From positions 15,066,001-15,130,000 of the forward strand of contig OZ059895.1 of assembly GCA_964057225.1 (NCBI GenBank): 64,000 nucleotides of DNA, in the 5' to 3' direction. The stretch is from Auanema rhodensis (lineage: Eukaryota > Animalia > Nematoda). The notes beneath the pieces are model-generated. The model was not told where the DNA came from, ran no database searches, and saw only the letters and a list, made by a program, of their open reading frames with translations. The number at the start of each line of letters is the position of its first letter. Position 1 is the stretch's first letter. A program made the translations under genes and the position numbers. Positions 1 through 21,486 of the stretch are shown here, piece by piece.

Positions 1-473
1 TATTTCAGTCTTTACTTCTTATTTATTTGGTTATATACAATACATATATTACTATATTAGTATAGTTAGTATACTAACTATACAATATACAAATACATAT
101 AGTAATAATATGAATGCTAAAGCTAGTTAACTATGCTATCTATAATAAAAATATTTTTTTTATTCTAGTTTAGTTTAGTTTATTCCTCTTTTTATGTATT
201 TTACTTTAAGCATATCTTCTATCTGTTCTTTCACTTCTTTTTTTGCAAAAAAAAAAATTTTCTCAGACAGCTCAAACCTCTGCAAATTGATTTTTACTAT
301 CAGGGATGGGCACACACACACACACGGTCATCAAGAACAAAAGCAGGGGTATTAGAGCTTTAGGAAGCCGTCAAATTAGTTCTTTTAACTGAAACAAATG
401 GAAGTAAAATAAGAAGAAAAAAGATTCAAAACTTGATATAGCAAGATAGAGATAGAGAGAGAGAGGATGGATG

Positions 474-477
<4 letters not shown>

Positions 478-522
<45 letters not shown>
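478..522. repeat. (GA)n microsatellite (one of dozens in the window)
   Basis: Uninterrupted AG dinucleotide run. Confidence 0.95.
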
Positions 523-525
<3 letters not shown>

Positions 526-1181
526 ATATATGAAGATTATAAAGATAATGAGATATAAAGATGAAAACTAAAAAGATGGAAAGAGAAAGGAGAGTATCGA
601 TGATGTACAAACGTCACTGATTTATCCTTTTTTTATGAAAATTTCTTACAACTTATCGCTTAATTGTCATTTTCAATTTCGCATATGAAAACCTGAAAAA
701 GTTGGAAAAAAAAAGAAAAAAACGACGAAGAATAGCCGATGATGATGGTGAAACAGACGAAAAGAAGCACACACACACACACACAAGATGTGTATAGGCC
801 ACCCAGACTCATTATTACAGCTTCTCCTTCATTTCATTTCATAAAAACTTTTTCTTTCTATGTGTATAAGCATCTTTTCTCTCGTTTTCTGACTTTCTTT
901 CTCTCTCTCTCTTTCTCTCTTAAAACCTTTTTTTGCAATCAAAATCATTTTTTATTTTAAAATTACATATGAATATCGTGTTCCTTTTTATTCATATAAT
1001 CTGCAATGTTAGCTATATAATTATATAAATTAAACATTTCTTAATGTTTATCCAATGATACTTTTCTTCCTTTCTTCTTAAAGAAAATGTTTCTTCGACT
1101 TCATTCAGCTGATACTTACGTAGCTACGTACGTACATAACGAACATTCAGAATTCCTTGTCTTCTCTTGTCCCCCCTCTCC

Positions 1182-1212
<31 letters not shown>

Positions 1213-2938
1213 GCTTTATTTCCCTCTTTAGTACAAATCGGATGTCTATCAGTTTAAATATCGCCGAAATCACGAACAGCAAACGATGCTCTTGCTCTGT
1301 ATCGTAGTTCATCTATGTATGTAGTTGAGGTAGCCTCGGCGACGTCTCCATCAGGCAGTTTCAATTAAAAACGGAAAATTATTGAATCCGTGTCGTCATC
1401 GTCATCTGTGTTGTGTGTTAGACGTCGTTGATGTTAGAAGCAGAGTTGAGGTAGCCTCATCTACATCGGCTACTGGCCACGTCTCCATCATATATTTGTA
1501 GTCAATGTCATCATCTGTTCACTACATTTCAATGAATATGTACCATAATTAGCATATCTATACAGCGTAACTACCTTGTTTTGTAGTTTTCACGTACGTG
1601 TGTTCTTCGACGTGAAATGCACTGCAACCACGTAATGCTGAGTGAGTTCCACGTCACATGTCATCAAGTCTTTAAAGAATCTTGTTTCATCATGGAGAGT
1701 AACGCTGAACGGTTCTCTTCATTCAAACTTCAAAAAAGTTTTCTTGTGCCTCAAGGAGCTCTCAACGTGAATGGCAGAGTGCCAGAGAATGTGAATTCCT
1801 ACCCAAGGCAATGAGTGACCGAGGCTTATCATGCCTATCATTAAGCTTGTTGTAATGCTACTTATCGTCGTAAAAAAAACTGAACAATTCAATCTGAATT
1901 CTTGAGATTGAACGCACGATGACGTGCTGTATGATGCTCAGCCATCACCAGCCTGCTCCAATACTAACAATAGGCCCAGAGGCAATTTATTCATTCACGT
2001 GTGTTCTCAGCCACATGTCCCATATACATATATAGATGTGCTGGCGAAGCTCATTAGCTCATACAAACTCTCCTTTCTCTCATTTTCTTTCTCTCTCTCT
2101 CTCCCTCCCTCTCTCTCTCTCTCTCTCTCTTTTAGCTCTCTACCTATCTCATTCACAATTTTTCTTCTCTCCCTTCCAATCGTAGTTGCTCCTTTTTCTG
2201 CTCGTTCAGATAAGTCTTGTCTCTGCTTGTCCTATTAGAATATTCCATTGGCACAGCCTGCTTCTCGTTTCACGCTTTCACTGATTGCTCAGATTTCATG
2301 AATAGCAGCATCTTCTCCCTTCTTCCCTCCCTCTCTAGCTCCCTCTCTCTTCTCCAACAATGTTATTCCCCGTCTGGTTTTGCAACTTACCTTGTAAAGT
2401 CCCTCCTATTCTTATTTGATGAACTCTTCCTTTTCACATAATATCAATTCTCCTTATTCGATTTATCATAAACGTTTCACAATTCTTCATCTCAATGTTT
2501 CATATTCTAAAGTTGAACTTTCAGCTTATTTCTCTTCGTCATCAACTTCTCGACTATATCTTTCTATTCTATACTATATCTTATTCTTTTTATTTATTTA
2601 TTATATTATACTATATAGTTATAATAATAACAATATTTATTAAAATATTTGTCTGTGGTCTTTGATCAATTCATATACATCTACATCTACATCTACATGT
2701 AATATGCTCTTCTTTTGCTCTCTCTCTCTCCCTCCCTCCCTCCCTCTCTTTCTCTCTCTTTCTAGATCTGAACAGTCAAATGACCGACGACTGTCGATAC
2801 TGGCAAGAGCTTAACGTAACGCTGCTGCTCCATCAGATGAACAGTGGCAAGTAGTTAGGGAATTCTTTAAACCGGTGTACTTCATACCATTACTTGTACA
2901 CAGTCTCTTTACCTTTTTACCTTATATCTTTCCCGCTA

Positions 2939-2970
<32 letters not shown>

Positions 2971-5249
2971 ATAGCCCCCCCCCTCCCTCTGTTCTTCCTT
3001 CTCTTTTCTAATAATTTCCGTCTTAGGTGTATACACTATATGTATATGGTTAGTCTCGTTATTATGAAAGTTGACTTATAACGGAAACCTGAAAGGACTT
3101 GTCGATATTTGCTTAGATTCCGACCGATACACTCTCAGACACCTTTTTGGCCTTTCCTTCCTCTTTGCCTACACCTATCTCTTAGCACTCTTACTTCTCT
3201 TCTTTCTTTCCTTTTAAACATTAAATTTATTATTTGATGATAGATTAACCTTATACCGTATGGTTAGTCATCCATCCTTTCCACTTATGATCCGAACCCT
3301 CGCTCTCCCTTCGAACTCCCTCTTTCATCTTTTCTCCATTTCTCCGCCATAATTCATCGAAACTTCCATACAACAGCCTAATATTGTCGATCATAACCTC
3401 ATAGAATTACCTTCTCAATCCAAAGGATTTCCGTCAACCTTTTCTTCATATAACTCCAACTTCATTCAAAACTTGAATCTTCACTCACCTAGTTCAACTC
3501 AAATCATCAATCCCAATTCAATCCCAGCTGCAACCTACCAATTTTTCGAGCTTGCAGCCTCCCCCCGCTTATGCCGCTTAGCTGCGTGTGCTTCAGCTTC
3601 ATCCTTCAAAATCTCCTCTTTTTTGTTTTTTTCTTCGATTATTTGTATTTGTATCTCAATCATCTCACATCAAAATATCTCATAACACAGCAATATCGTC
3701 AACTAACTCACACTAGTCAGCCAACTACTAGCCAACCGTCAGCCAACTAACTGGTTGACTCCAGATGTTTCACTCTCATTCATATGCTAACTGTTTATAT
3801 TGCAAATTTATTTTTATCTCTTAAATCTACAGTAATATACACAGACAAATGGGAGGAAGGGGAGGGGGGCAGAAGGGAAACACGATAGACGTGATGAAGA
3901 GAGTCCTGCTCTTGCTTCTGATTCTTCTCTCTCTCTCTCTCTCTCTCTCCTATTCCAAGCTTCACATCAGCCACATCTTCATTCATCCTTTCAACCATCC
4001 TTTCTTCCACTATTCCCATCTTACTCTCATCGCTTCTTAAACACACAAATACAATTCTCATCTCGTTAAAATTTCAATCGTTGACTGTTGTCTTCAGCCG
4101 GTTAGATGGGAAAGAAATCATTTAGTTAAGCTATACTGACATGCAGCTCTCATACCTTCCATCCATCTTCTTCTCTCTCAGCTGTAACTCTCCCTCCCAA
4201 GAAGAAAAAGAGAGAGAAGAAGAGAGAGAAAGAGAGAAAGAGATTGTCATGTTCGAACAGTTCAACTTGTCAACCAAATCATGTTGATATTCACTCTTAT
4301 ATGGAATACAACAACATCAATGGAAATTGGTTAAATTTCAAATAAATGTTCAAAGATTATTCATTACATTCTCATAGTTATTAAAACAAAAATTTGTTAA
4401 AAAACTTCAAAAAATCAGTTAGTTTGGTCGTTAAAGAGAGTAATCTGTATTAAGAGAGAAAGTAAACGGTATAGAGAGAGAGAGAGAGAGAAAGGGAGAG
4501 ATAGAGATAGAGAGAGAGAGAATGACCTGAACTGGTGAAGCAAATTGACCACAAAAACCCATGTCAATAGACATGTCTGATCTTATGAACCAATATTCGT
4601 TCAGCAAGTTTCAAAGAAAAAAAAACAAATTTTTGGTTTATCTAAGAGTAGGCTGTTGATTGATGACTAGTGAGATGACATAATCTCAAATGTGTATGTA
4701 TGTAATAGCTTTGTAATTCTAAATTTTTCATATAAGCTCTTGTCATATTTTCATTTTCTGTGCATTTTCCGACAAATTTTTGGCTCAAACGCTAGCTTGC
4801 TATGACAATGTAGCTTTTCAATTGAAATCGTCAAAGCTTTATTGCTTGTCTCTTCAGCCGCACTCATTCTTGACTTTGAGGCTCTTCTGTGGGCAACATC
4901 ACTTATAAAGAAGATGCTTCTTCCTATTCATCTTCGATTCCAGTCGGAATACCGAAAGACAGGCAGAGATATGAGAATGAGACAGTAAGAGTTAGTCAGA
5001 GAGAGAAGAGAGAGAGAGAGAGAGAGAAAGAGAAAAGGAAAATTACGTTGAGGGGCTAGGCCTTGAGGTTGGTTTGGACTATTTGCTCACGCACCAACTC
5101 ACGTATGTTGTGACCGTAAATGGAAAGCGAGACATATTGTGAGCTGATATTGAACGATGAGAGAGAGAGAGAGAGAGAGAGAGAGGTGTAGAGAGAGACT
5201 GAGAAGAGGTCGCCCTCCTTCCTTTCATCTTCTTCTTTCAACATTATGT

Positions 5250-5298
<49 letters not shown>

Positions 5299-7263
5299 AT
5301 TCATCTTACCAGAAGAGCAAAGCCACATGATTCAGAGCACACATCTATTTATTCCAAGTTATCCACATATAGAAGAGAAGGAAGCCAACACGGTATTTGA
5401 TTGGTTGATGATGACGTGAGCATACTTTCCAAATGCAAATCTCACCTTTCAACATTTCTTCTTTCTTCTCAACTTCATCAAACTCAGCCTTTCCCTTCTC
5501 TTTCTTGATGTCATAAATTCATCTTTGCATCTCATCTTAGTCTACAGTCGTCTGACCTTACTTGCAACTTTGCACAACATCCACAGCATCATCCTCATCC
5601 TCATCACCTTTACTTCCTACCGCTTTTTACCGACTCAGACTATCTCATCCTTCCTTCTCATCCAGCGCTCCCCTCTTATCCTATTGCCGGTCATGATTAT
5701 GACGAATAGTCGAATGTACTTATTCATCATTATATTAAACTTTTTTCTTTTCCAAAAAACAGTCAAAAGGTGTTCTTTCACATTCTCTCTCTCTCTCGCT
5801 CTCTCCCTCCCTCTCTCTTTTACCGATCATTTCAATTCTAAAATAATTCCTAGAAAACGTGGATACAAGCAAAAACTTTCGTTTTTCTTTTCTAATTCAA
5901 ATATTCCGCCACCTCCATACATACACGTGTGGACGTGAGCAAAGCAAAAACAGCATGTAAACCAACCATCATCATCATCATTCTTCTTCTCCTCCTCTTC
6001 CTCCTTCTCCTTCTCCATTTCTCATATCTCATATATAGTCGTCGAAGTTGCATCACAACTACAACTAGCTGTTGCTGCTATTGCTGTTCCTTTCAGCTGA
6101 CACACAGACATCCATCCAGAGACACACAAAAACAGTCGGCGAGTGTGAGTCAGGTACTTGGCAAGGTAGTTACTAAGTAGTTGAATGACATTAGTCCAAC
6201 TTGTCTCCAACTTATCCAACTTATTCTAATTTATACTATTATTATTATTATTATTAATTAAACTTATTGTCTAGTATACTATTGCTATTCTAGTACTATA
6301 ACTCTTCATCTACTTAAAAATAATAACAACAACAGAAGAAATACCACATATTCTCCACAAATTCGTTATTTCTTGGTATTTTGCCAAAAAAAAAATAATT
6401 GAAAAACTAATTTTTGGGGCCAAGTCATGTCTTAGCCCATTGATAGGCATGCTGTTCATAAGTTCTTCCTCCACCTCCCCTCTCTATACCTTTCTCTCTT
6501 CTATTCTAGCTCATACTACCTCTTATTCTTTCCTTAATCTACTTATTCATGTGTCTTCAATATCATCACTAAACCTTGTACACATGCTTTTTTCCATTTT
6601 TTTTTATTCTTTTCGCTATGAAACCCTTTTTTTTTAATTTTTTTTGGACAAAAAAAAACAACAAAAATGAAAATAAATACTTGAATTGAGTTCAAAAAAG
6701 CCTATGTGGGAAGAGAAGGAAATACGTCAGAAAACTGACGATAAGAGAATAACAGACAAGGTGAGATAGAGAGAGAGAGGGGGGAAGAGAAAGGGAATGG
6801 GTTTATTTGCCTTCTTGTCCTCTTCCCCCCACCATCTCCTACCCACCAGCATCAAAACCTCACAACCATCACAAAAGCCTCTCTATCTCTCTCCATCACT
6901 ACTTCTTTTCCTTTATATTTTCTTTTCTTTTTGTTCCTCTCCCTCCAAATATCTCTCTTATTCTCTCACTCTCTCTCTTTCTTTTTCTTTTTTCTAGCTC
7001 TCACACCTTAAATCTCTCGTCGTTTCCACCTTCATCCGGCCTTTAACCCTCAAATATTGATTGATTTCCAAATAAGTACAAACATTCCATAACATCAACA
7101 TCATCAATATCATTCTTGACTTGGCTTTTTCGGGGAAAATTGAGAAAAACTGCTCAAGAGACACGAAGATTAACTTTTTTCTCTTGTTTATGATGATGAT
7201 TGTTATTTTCAAGTAAAACAATCTGTATACTATCTGTCTTCCTCCTCCCTACCTCTAACTTTA

Positions 7264-7314
<51 letters not shown>

Positions 7315-10300
7315 ACGTACATGAACACACTCCCTCTCTCTCTCTCTATCTCTCTATCTCTCTCCTTCCATCTTCTTCACTATCTCTCTTTCTCCTTATT
7401 GAATTCAGCATCTTGTACCATTCAATTCTCGTGTCATCAAAAATTTATCAGCTGATTCGTAGCGCCGACATCAATACAGAGCGAGCGAACACGTGAACAC
7501 AAAGCACAATCATGATCTCATGAATGCTCTGCTCTTCGTTCCCACCATCACTTTCTCTACACGCTATTCAATCTTTCCGGCATCCTATAAGCTTCTGAAT
7601 ACACTGATGCCAAGCCGACAGCGTGTTCTTCAGTATTCTACCCTGTCGTCCTTCTCTCTCGTTACTTATCTGAAGTTTTGACATGTCTGAAACTTCTCTT
7701 CTCTTGTTTTCTTGTATCCATCTTTCGTCGTTTGCCATAACTACCGTTAACTTCACATACTTCGTGTTCACCTCTGTGTGTGTGTTAGCACTCCCCTCCC
7801 CCCTTACAACCCTCCGTTACTCCTTCTCTCTATCACTCTCTCTCTTCGATAGCTTCTCTATCTCTCTTTTAGTTCTTTCTTTATTCTTCGTTATTCTCTG
7901 TCGTTATTGCACTCTCCGCTGAGCCGGTATTTGCCCAACTGGGCAGGCATCAGGGCGATTCAGCTTTTCCAGTCGAGACCTAACATACGGACCTCCCCAC
8001 CACACCATCTAACATTGCCACCACTACGTACATACATCCATCTCTACGATTTTCATCTCATTTTTCCTCTCTTCCTGCCCCCTCCCTCAAACTTTGCGAG
8101 CTTAAACATGCGTTTTGGAAGCAAAAAAAAAACGGCAAATACAGTCCCTCCTTCTGTGCTTACACGCATGCACTCACTCATTCGCTCACTCGCTCAACAC
8201 CGCAACTAAGCGAATTTTCCGTTTGTTGTTGTTTTTGCAATTTGTTTTCTTCAAAAAATTCTTCCCAATACTATCTTTCATGACATCTTGATAATTCATT
8301 GATTGCACACCAACTCGCTTCATTCCTCCGCAGGGATTTTTGCCCTAAACCTCCCGTCTCAGCCTCTCGTTCCGCAACTTGTAGTCGTCAACCACACTCT
8401 ACACACTCAACCATCACGTTGTTGTCATCCCCACATCATTTCTGCTGCTGCGTCGTTCCAGCCCAAACAGGAAAACGATGCTCCATACGTTCATTGGCTC
8501 CAGTCTCTTCTGAGAGTAATCGGCCGATGAGCTGCGGATAGCTGGACCAGCTTCAGATGGGTGTCGGGTTTCGACAATCTTACTCCATCGTCTTCATCTT
8601 CAGCAGCTTCCTTCCTTTCTCTGTCTATCGTCTAGCCTTCATACCTCCCTTCCTTCTTCAATTCCCTCCCCCTCATCTCTCACTAATTCTCAAAAGCTTC
8701 TCCTTTCATTTACTTTTCATTCTGACCAACTTGCAACGTTGTAACTTCAACTTGCCTTGACAGTTGTGTTCATCCCAACATCAAAATTCCACCGTTTCAT
8801 GTCAAACACCCTGTTGTAACTGCCCAGTTTTTCTAGAATCCATTTGCATATGATTTTCGAATTCTGCTTCTTCCATGATCGTATGTCTCTCATACATCTA
8901 GCGCCTAACTCACTTGTCCTTCTCCTACACCTGACCTGAAATCATGAACTCTCCAACTAATCTGTGCGCCAAATATAAAGAAGTTCAATTATCCTCAGGG
9001 TGCAATTCCCCTCTCAAATATAACAAAAAAAAAGAAAAGAAAAAGGAAGACAAGCGCTTGTATCTCAACCACAACTGATTATATTCCGTTTATTCCTTTA
9101 AATCCTCCTACAACGAAGACTTACAATATTCCGAAATATTTTCTTTCATCTTTATTAATTTCCTTTTCTTCGATACACTACTGCTACTACACACACACAC
9201 ACATACACACACACATCCATATGAGTATCAACCTCTGTTCTGTCGCCTACACACTGCCAGATACATGTTTCTTGCGGCATAATTGAATGAAAAAAAACAT
9301 TTGTTTCTTATTTTTCTCCTAAAATCAGCATTTTCTCAACTTTTTTTTCTTTTTCTTTTTCGGATTTTCTCATTATCGTGATGGCTTACAGCCAGAGAGC
9401 TAGCAAGCTTACTTCTATTCTACGAACTTGCAACCTTTTTCTCAGATTTCATCAGCAACAACTTTCCCAAAAATTTTCTAAATTTCATAAAGTATATAGG
9501 TTATGAGATAATTCACCTGATACGTTGTTTCGAAATGAAAAAAAAAAATTTTTTTTTCACTCTTTCACCAGCCATGAAATTCATATTTTCCCACTTCGTC
9601 CAAATAAAAGAAAATTATTTTTATCTCACATAAGCAACCGCTTTTCGTTCTTTTATTGATGAAAAATGAAATCAAATACTTAACTATATGATGATGATGA
9701 TGGTGATGATGCAATAAGCATAGTATAGTTAGTTCAAATGACGTTCACGTGGCTTTTTCACGTGAAAGCTCATTTGCATATTGTTGCTAACAGCTAATTA
9801 GCATATTGAAATGATATGTCAATTATGTATTTTATTTTGTTTTTCTTTATCTTTTCTTCGTTAAATGATGAAACTATTTTGAATTTTCAATGGTTTTGCT
9901 ATCTCTCTCCCTATTTCTCTCTATCTATCTATCTCTCTCTACTACTGTGCTGCTTTTCTGCTTTTGCTGATGCTTTTCGTCTAAGGTTTTGACTTTCGTA
10001 CTCTTTCTTTAGTTCGTTCTTGTCCTTTTCTCATCATTCCTCTTTCCCTTCTTCTGCTCTCTTCATCCCTCATATTCTCTTTTTCTTTCTCTTTCTGGTG
10101 TTCTCTGTCGGCGAAGTATCAGTTCCATACACATTTATCACAATTAAACATATCAAAGAGAAGAATACTTCGTAGTTCATTTAGCTAAGCAAGAGGATCG
10201 GATGGGTTAGCTATGTGGGCTCGTAGCTGACTGACTGCCTGTCGGTTAGTAGAATCAAATGCTATCCATAGGTTTCTCTTCTATGCAAAAGCAAGAATAC

Positions 10301-11382
10301 GAAGAGCTAACTAGAGTTTTCAAGTATGCTGTAGAGCAACAGAGAGAGAGAGAGAGAAAGGGAGATAAGGGTAAGAGAGGGAGAGTTATATAGAAAGAAG
10401 AGAGAAATCTACAGAGAGTAAAGGGGAGAGGTAGAGAGAAAAACAGATATAACAGGGCAGGAGAGAGAGGGGGGAAAGAGATGGAAGAAGAAGTGAGCGA
10501 GTAGACCGTATCAGATTACGAGCTGCCGCACACTCACAGCGGACTCATCCCGCTTCTCATTCGTTTCTGTCTTCGCCTTCTTCTTCTTCTTCTTCTTCGT
10601 TTTCTTTATTTCTTTTAGCTACTGTGAAGTATGTGTATGTACCTTATACAGAAATAGAGCAAGGATAAGGAGAGCAAGTCAACATACTCTCCTTCGCTCT
10701 CATCCTCTTTTTTCCGTTCAAAACCATTTTGGTCATTGTGTGCACGCATTCATCCAGCCAACCAGCTTGCTTGTCATCAGCATGCCCAAGCCAGCCAGCA
10801 GCATATTCCTTCTCCGCTACTAGTGTCGTTTTTCATTTATCTTGCCCTCAGGTGATGTTTGCTGGCAAGCAAGCTAGTAGGCAAGCTAAGCTAGCCCAAT
10901 CAACAGCAAAGCACAAGCTGAACAAGCCTTGTCTTCATTTTCATTAGAGAACGTACATAATGAGCAATCTCATACACTATAAGAGAATTGCTCAGAGTCC
11001 GATGTATTTCTAATATTTTCGTTTTCAACGCCATCCTCATCACCACCCTAACACCTTTGCTTGTGTCGTTTCAATCACCTAGCTTGAGAAGACAAGTCGC
11101 TTCTCAAAGTCAATATTCATGATACAATCTGTCATGTATTACTGTAGTTACTTAAACTAGCTAAGTTGTAAGTACTTCAGGACCAATTATCAGTCCATTA
11201 AGCTAATTTCTACCTACTACTCCCCAACTTATCCGTTATACTACGCACAGACTATTCTTTGTATGTTTCATTGTTGGCTTTTTCTTTAATTTCTTCAACT
11301 ATATTTTGTCTTTTAATCAATCCAAAAATACTCATTCATCCTTTTTACCACAATAAGCAAAGGTCGAGATAGAAACAGAGAC

Positions 11383-11431
<49 letters not shown>

Positions 11432-13248
11432 AACATTTTTCTTCTTATTTTCTTCAAAACTGTCTACAATCTCAACTCATTATGACGATTAAATTTTTCC
11501 GTAATGTACATATGCTCACAAAACACTTTTTGAGCTTCAAAATCTGAACAACTTGTCCATGTCTTTGATCTGCTGTCACCATCTTACATGCTCGTCTATC
11601 TTGGAATGTGCTATTTCAAACATCGTACAGTTATCATGACAACCATCAGATTGTGTCTCTCTCTACATCTCTCTCTCGCTCTCTCTCTCTCACACACACA
11701 CCATTCTTCCAGCTAATACTTGAAGTTTTCCAATTCGGAACGAAGAAATCAGGCTCTTATAGGCCAGCATAAGTTGTCAAGAAGGTTTAGACTGCTGAGC
11801 AAGAGCTGTAATTGTATGTTTGCATGAGTCAGAGAGTTTATAGAGCATTAGATTGTGATATCAAAAGCTGTATCAATCACCATATCATTTTGAATCATTC
11901 AATTTCTCACTATCGCTTTCTCACTCTCGTTATTTCTCATTTTTCCATAATCAAGCATAGGCTGTTCATTAAGAAGCTTGAATGAGTTAAAAGAAAAAGA
12001 AAATAAACAAAGAACATGTTTGAAGCTCAATTGCCTTCAATTGCTTATCATCAATTTTTCAATATGAAGAGCATATTCTCTGATTTTACACAATGATTTT
12101 CATTATCATTTCCATCATTACTGCTGATGTTTTTCTCAGAAACTTGAAAAACTAAGAAAGAAGCCGCTTCTGAAGATTTGTAGCTGAGCTCAGCAAGAAG
12201 GAAAGAACCGAAAAAGAAAGATTTCTCTCTATACATCTCTCACTCTCTACCTCTCTTTCTCTCTTTTTCAGTTGACACAAAAAGCTTTTACTACATGGAG
12301 CAGGACGTTAACATGTTAAGGTAATGAGCAGAGTGTAGTTCGTTTTAGAAGGAAAGAGAAGAGAGAGTGCGTTCTCTGTACCATAAATGAGCTGATTTCC
12401 ATATGGGACTTTCATTCGTTTTGGGCTACAAGCTGTTCCTCTTTCTCTCTCTCTCTTTCTCTCTCTCTCTCATATTCCTTTTGCCTAAATCGAGAGATTC
12501 AGAGCTTTATTCTCATGTCATCATTCTCATTCATTTACTCATCGCTTAGCCCCACCCCTTCTGCAATGTCTGCATGGATTTGATTAGTATAGACTATGGG
12601 CAGTGCGAGAGTCTAACCAGGAGAAAGCAGTCAACAGACACCACACCCCAGACGTACAACGTGTCCCCCTTCCCTTTCCCGGTCCTCGTCCCTTTCAACT
12701 TGTCTGTCTGTGTGTCCGCACATAAGATTTCGTCCCTGCATTCCAGCAGCAATAGCAATAGCTCCATCACCAACATCATCACATCACCACCACAACTACC
12801 GCCATCAACAGCAGCATCAGCAGCTGCAGTAGCAGAAGCAGGAGTCGAGAGGCTACAAAATCGTTTTTTCTTCGTTGTCGCGCATACCGCCAGCCAGGCT
12901 GTAGAACGAAGTACGGCTTACTCTCCTGGCCACAGCGCCTCTTGCCTACTGCCATCTGAGAATGCTTCACTATCTCATTGAACTTTTCCATCTTCTTTCC
13001 TTCATGGCTCTTCCCCTCATTCACTCATTTTCGTCCTTTGCCACCCTCTATGTCTGTCCCTTCTTTGCCATTCTTTATGCTAATAGAATCTAAAGGCCAT
13101 TGCCTTAGGCGAACATTTTGGCAATCTGGGTGTTTCTCTCTCTCTGTCTCTCTTTCTCTCTCTACTTATTGAACTTCAACTAACGAAACATTTTCTTCGT
13201 TCATCCCACATATTTCGAATCCAAACCATTTCAATCAACACACTTCTC

Positions 13249-13251
<3 letters not shown>

Positions 13252-13326
<75 letters not shown>
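13252..13326. repeat. (CT)n microsatellite, longest pure tract seen
   Basis: About 37 uninterrupted TC units. Confidence 0.95.
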
Positions 13327-13330
<4 letters not shown>

Positions 13331-14256
13331 CTTATTTTCACACCTCCTTCATATTCAAACTATCATTCATCCTTAGAAAATATAGTTTTTATCTATTTTT
13401 GCTCATTTCCATCCAAAAATCTTCTTCACCAGCATGAGTCAGACAGACATAAAATGGAAAAACAGCAAATATTTCTTTTTCCGCTTAATTCCTAAGTGTC
13501 AACTGCAGTTCGCGACCCATGGACCTCATGTTATTCTCAAGCTCATCATCACAGGGGTCAGTTTTCGTTCCCAGCTTTTCTTTCAGCTATCTAAATGCAC
13601 AATACGCTGCACATATCTTTCTCAGCTTTTTTCTCTTTCTCTCTCTCTCAGTCTTTCTCTCTCCCTCTCTCTCTTTCTAATGCTTCAATGGTCAACTTAT
13701 GCTTGCATATTCCATTCAACAGGAACTCTCGAGATTTCCATATATCTGCAAACGTTCCCTCTCCCTCTCTCTTCTACCATATATATAATTTTCTATTGTC
13801 TTTTCTTTTCCATAAAAAACATCTCATATTCTTATTATTTTCGTTTATTTATATCATATAGTTAACTAACTAACTTCTATATCTTACAAAGCTGAGCAAG
13901 TCTTTCAAGTAGGCGACCTCTTCTGTCCTCCGCAACTATCGTTATCACTTCCAGTCATGCCCGTCTGTAATGGTATTGCTGTTGTCGACGTCTAAGACAA
14001 CATTCTGAAATCAGAGAGTTCAGACCGTTAGACAGTTTTTTCAATCAATAATCTGTACTTTTCCCTCTCTATATCTATCTCTCTTTCTCTCTTTGCTTTT
14101 ACTATCTTATCGTTAAAACTTCGTATGAACTACTTACTTGCTTATGTCTTGTGCTCATGTTACGTTCAGTTCTCAGTCCTTCTTCGTTCAAATACGATAA
14201 AAAGTGATTCAGAATTTTCTCTTTACATCTCGTACTACCTCTCTCTCTCTCTCTCT

Positions 14257-14292
<36 letters not shown>

Positions 14293-15029
14293 ACTCTTTC
14301 TCTCAACCTCTCTACAACCTTTTTAACCATTTTCTTGTTATTTTTTCCCAAAAACCTATTGATCTCTAAATCAATTAAAAGCTAACTAATCTCTTAATCA
14401 AGCTATAAATCATAGACTATTCTTCGCTCCTATTTACTCCCTTGTTTCACTAAATATTTTGCGAATTCATTAGCTTTTTGCCCTTCTGTCCCCTCATATT
14501 ACCATCCAAAATTCATTTATGCATTGCCCTCTCATCTAAACTTATCACTCCAATAAACATACAAACTACTTTTTCCTCTGCTCAACACCACAAAAAAAAG
14601 TTGAAAAAACGATTGAAACCACTGAAATTCGCACAAATCTCTTCTTGCTCACTCGTCTCGTCCGGCTTTTTTTCATTTTTGTGTCCCAAATGTTCGTCTT
14701 CAATTACATTCATCCATGATGAAACATCTCCTGGTTTGTTGCCAAAATGCTTTTTTTCCCAACAGATAGTACTGCAATACCGATAAGCTTATCAATCTCT
14801 CGTGTTAGTTAGTTAACTATTCGATCATGAAATTTTTATTCTTTCCATCAGCTTGTGATGTTCCTCTTTGAAATGAAGCCACTCCCTCTTCTTTTATACT
14901 TCATTCCCTCTCTACATCGTGTATAGGATATTCTTCTCTTTGATATTACCTTGTTGTCGTCGTCGTCGTCATCGTTGTCGTCGTTACATCATTCAGAAAC
15001 TGTTTTCAACTTTCTTTTTCAATTTCAGA

Positions 15030-21124
<6,095 letters not shown>

Positions 21125-21486
21125 CTCAGCCGCGTCGGCCTGTCAGATTCATTCCAACCGCCCCTGAGGCCGTGAAGTCTCTTCTCTCACTTCAGTCTGT
21201 GTTACATACTTCTATTCGATGTATTTATCCCAAATGTTTAAATAATATTTTATTCAGATCTGCGCTTCCTAACATTCTATAACACTATATAACACAGATA
21301 CATTGAACATGTATAAGAAACCGAAAGCTGCTCGTCATTATGACAGCCAGCAAACAGTTCAAAGTTAGTAGAGACGAACTGAATAAAATACCTGATATGG
21401 TATCAAAATCAGGACAAAAAAAGACTATTACCGGTATCATACATCAAATTATTACATGAAAATCCAACCTGTAAAACGATGAGAAT

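Noticed and set aside
1326-1470. Two TGAGGTAG (let-7 family seed) sequences
   Set aside because: No complementary star arm downstream; they are part of a local direct duplication.
371-14786. Numerous 60-140 aa ORFs with SLSLSL or ERERER tracts
   Set aside because: Translations of (CT)n/(GA)n microsatellites and pyrimidine-rich non-coding DNA, with no domains or splice support.
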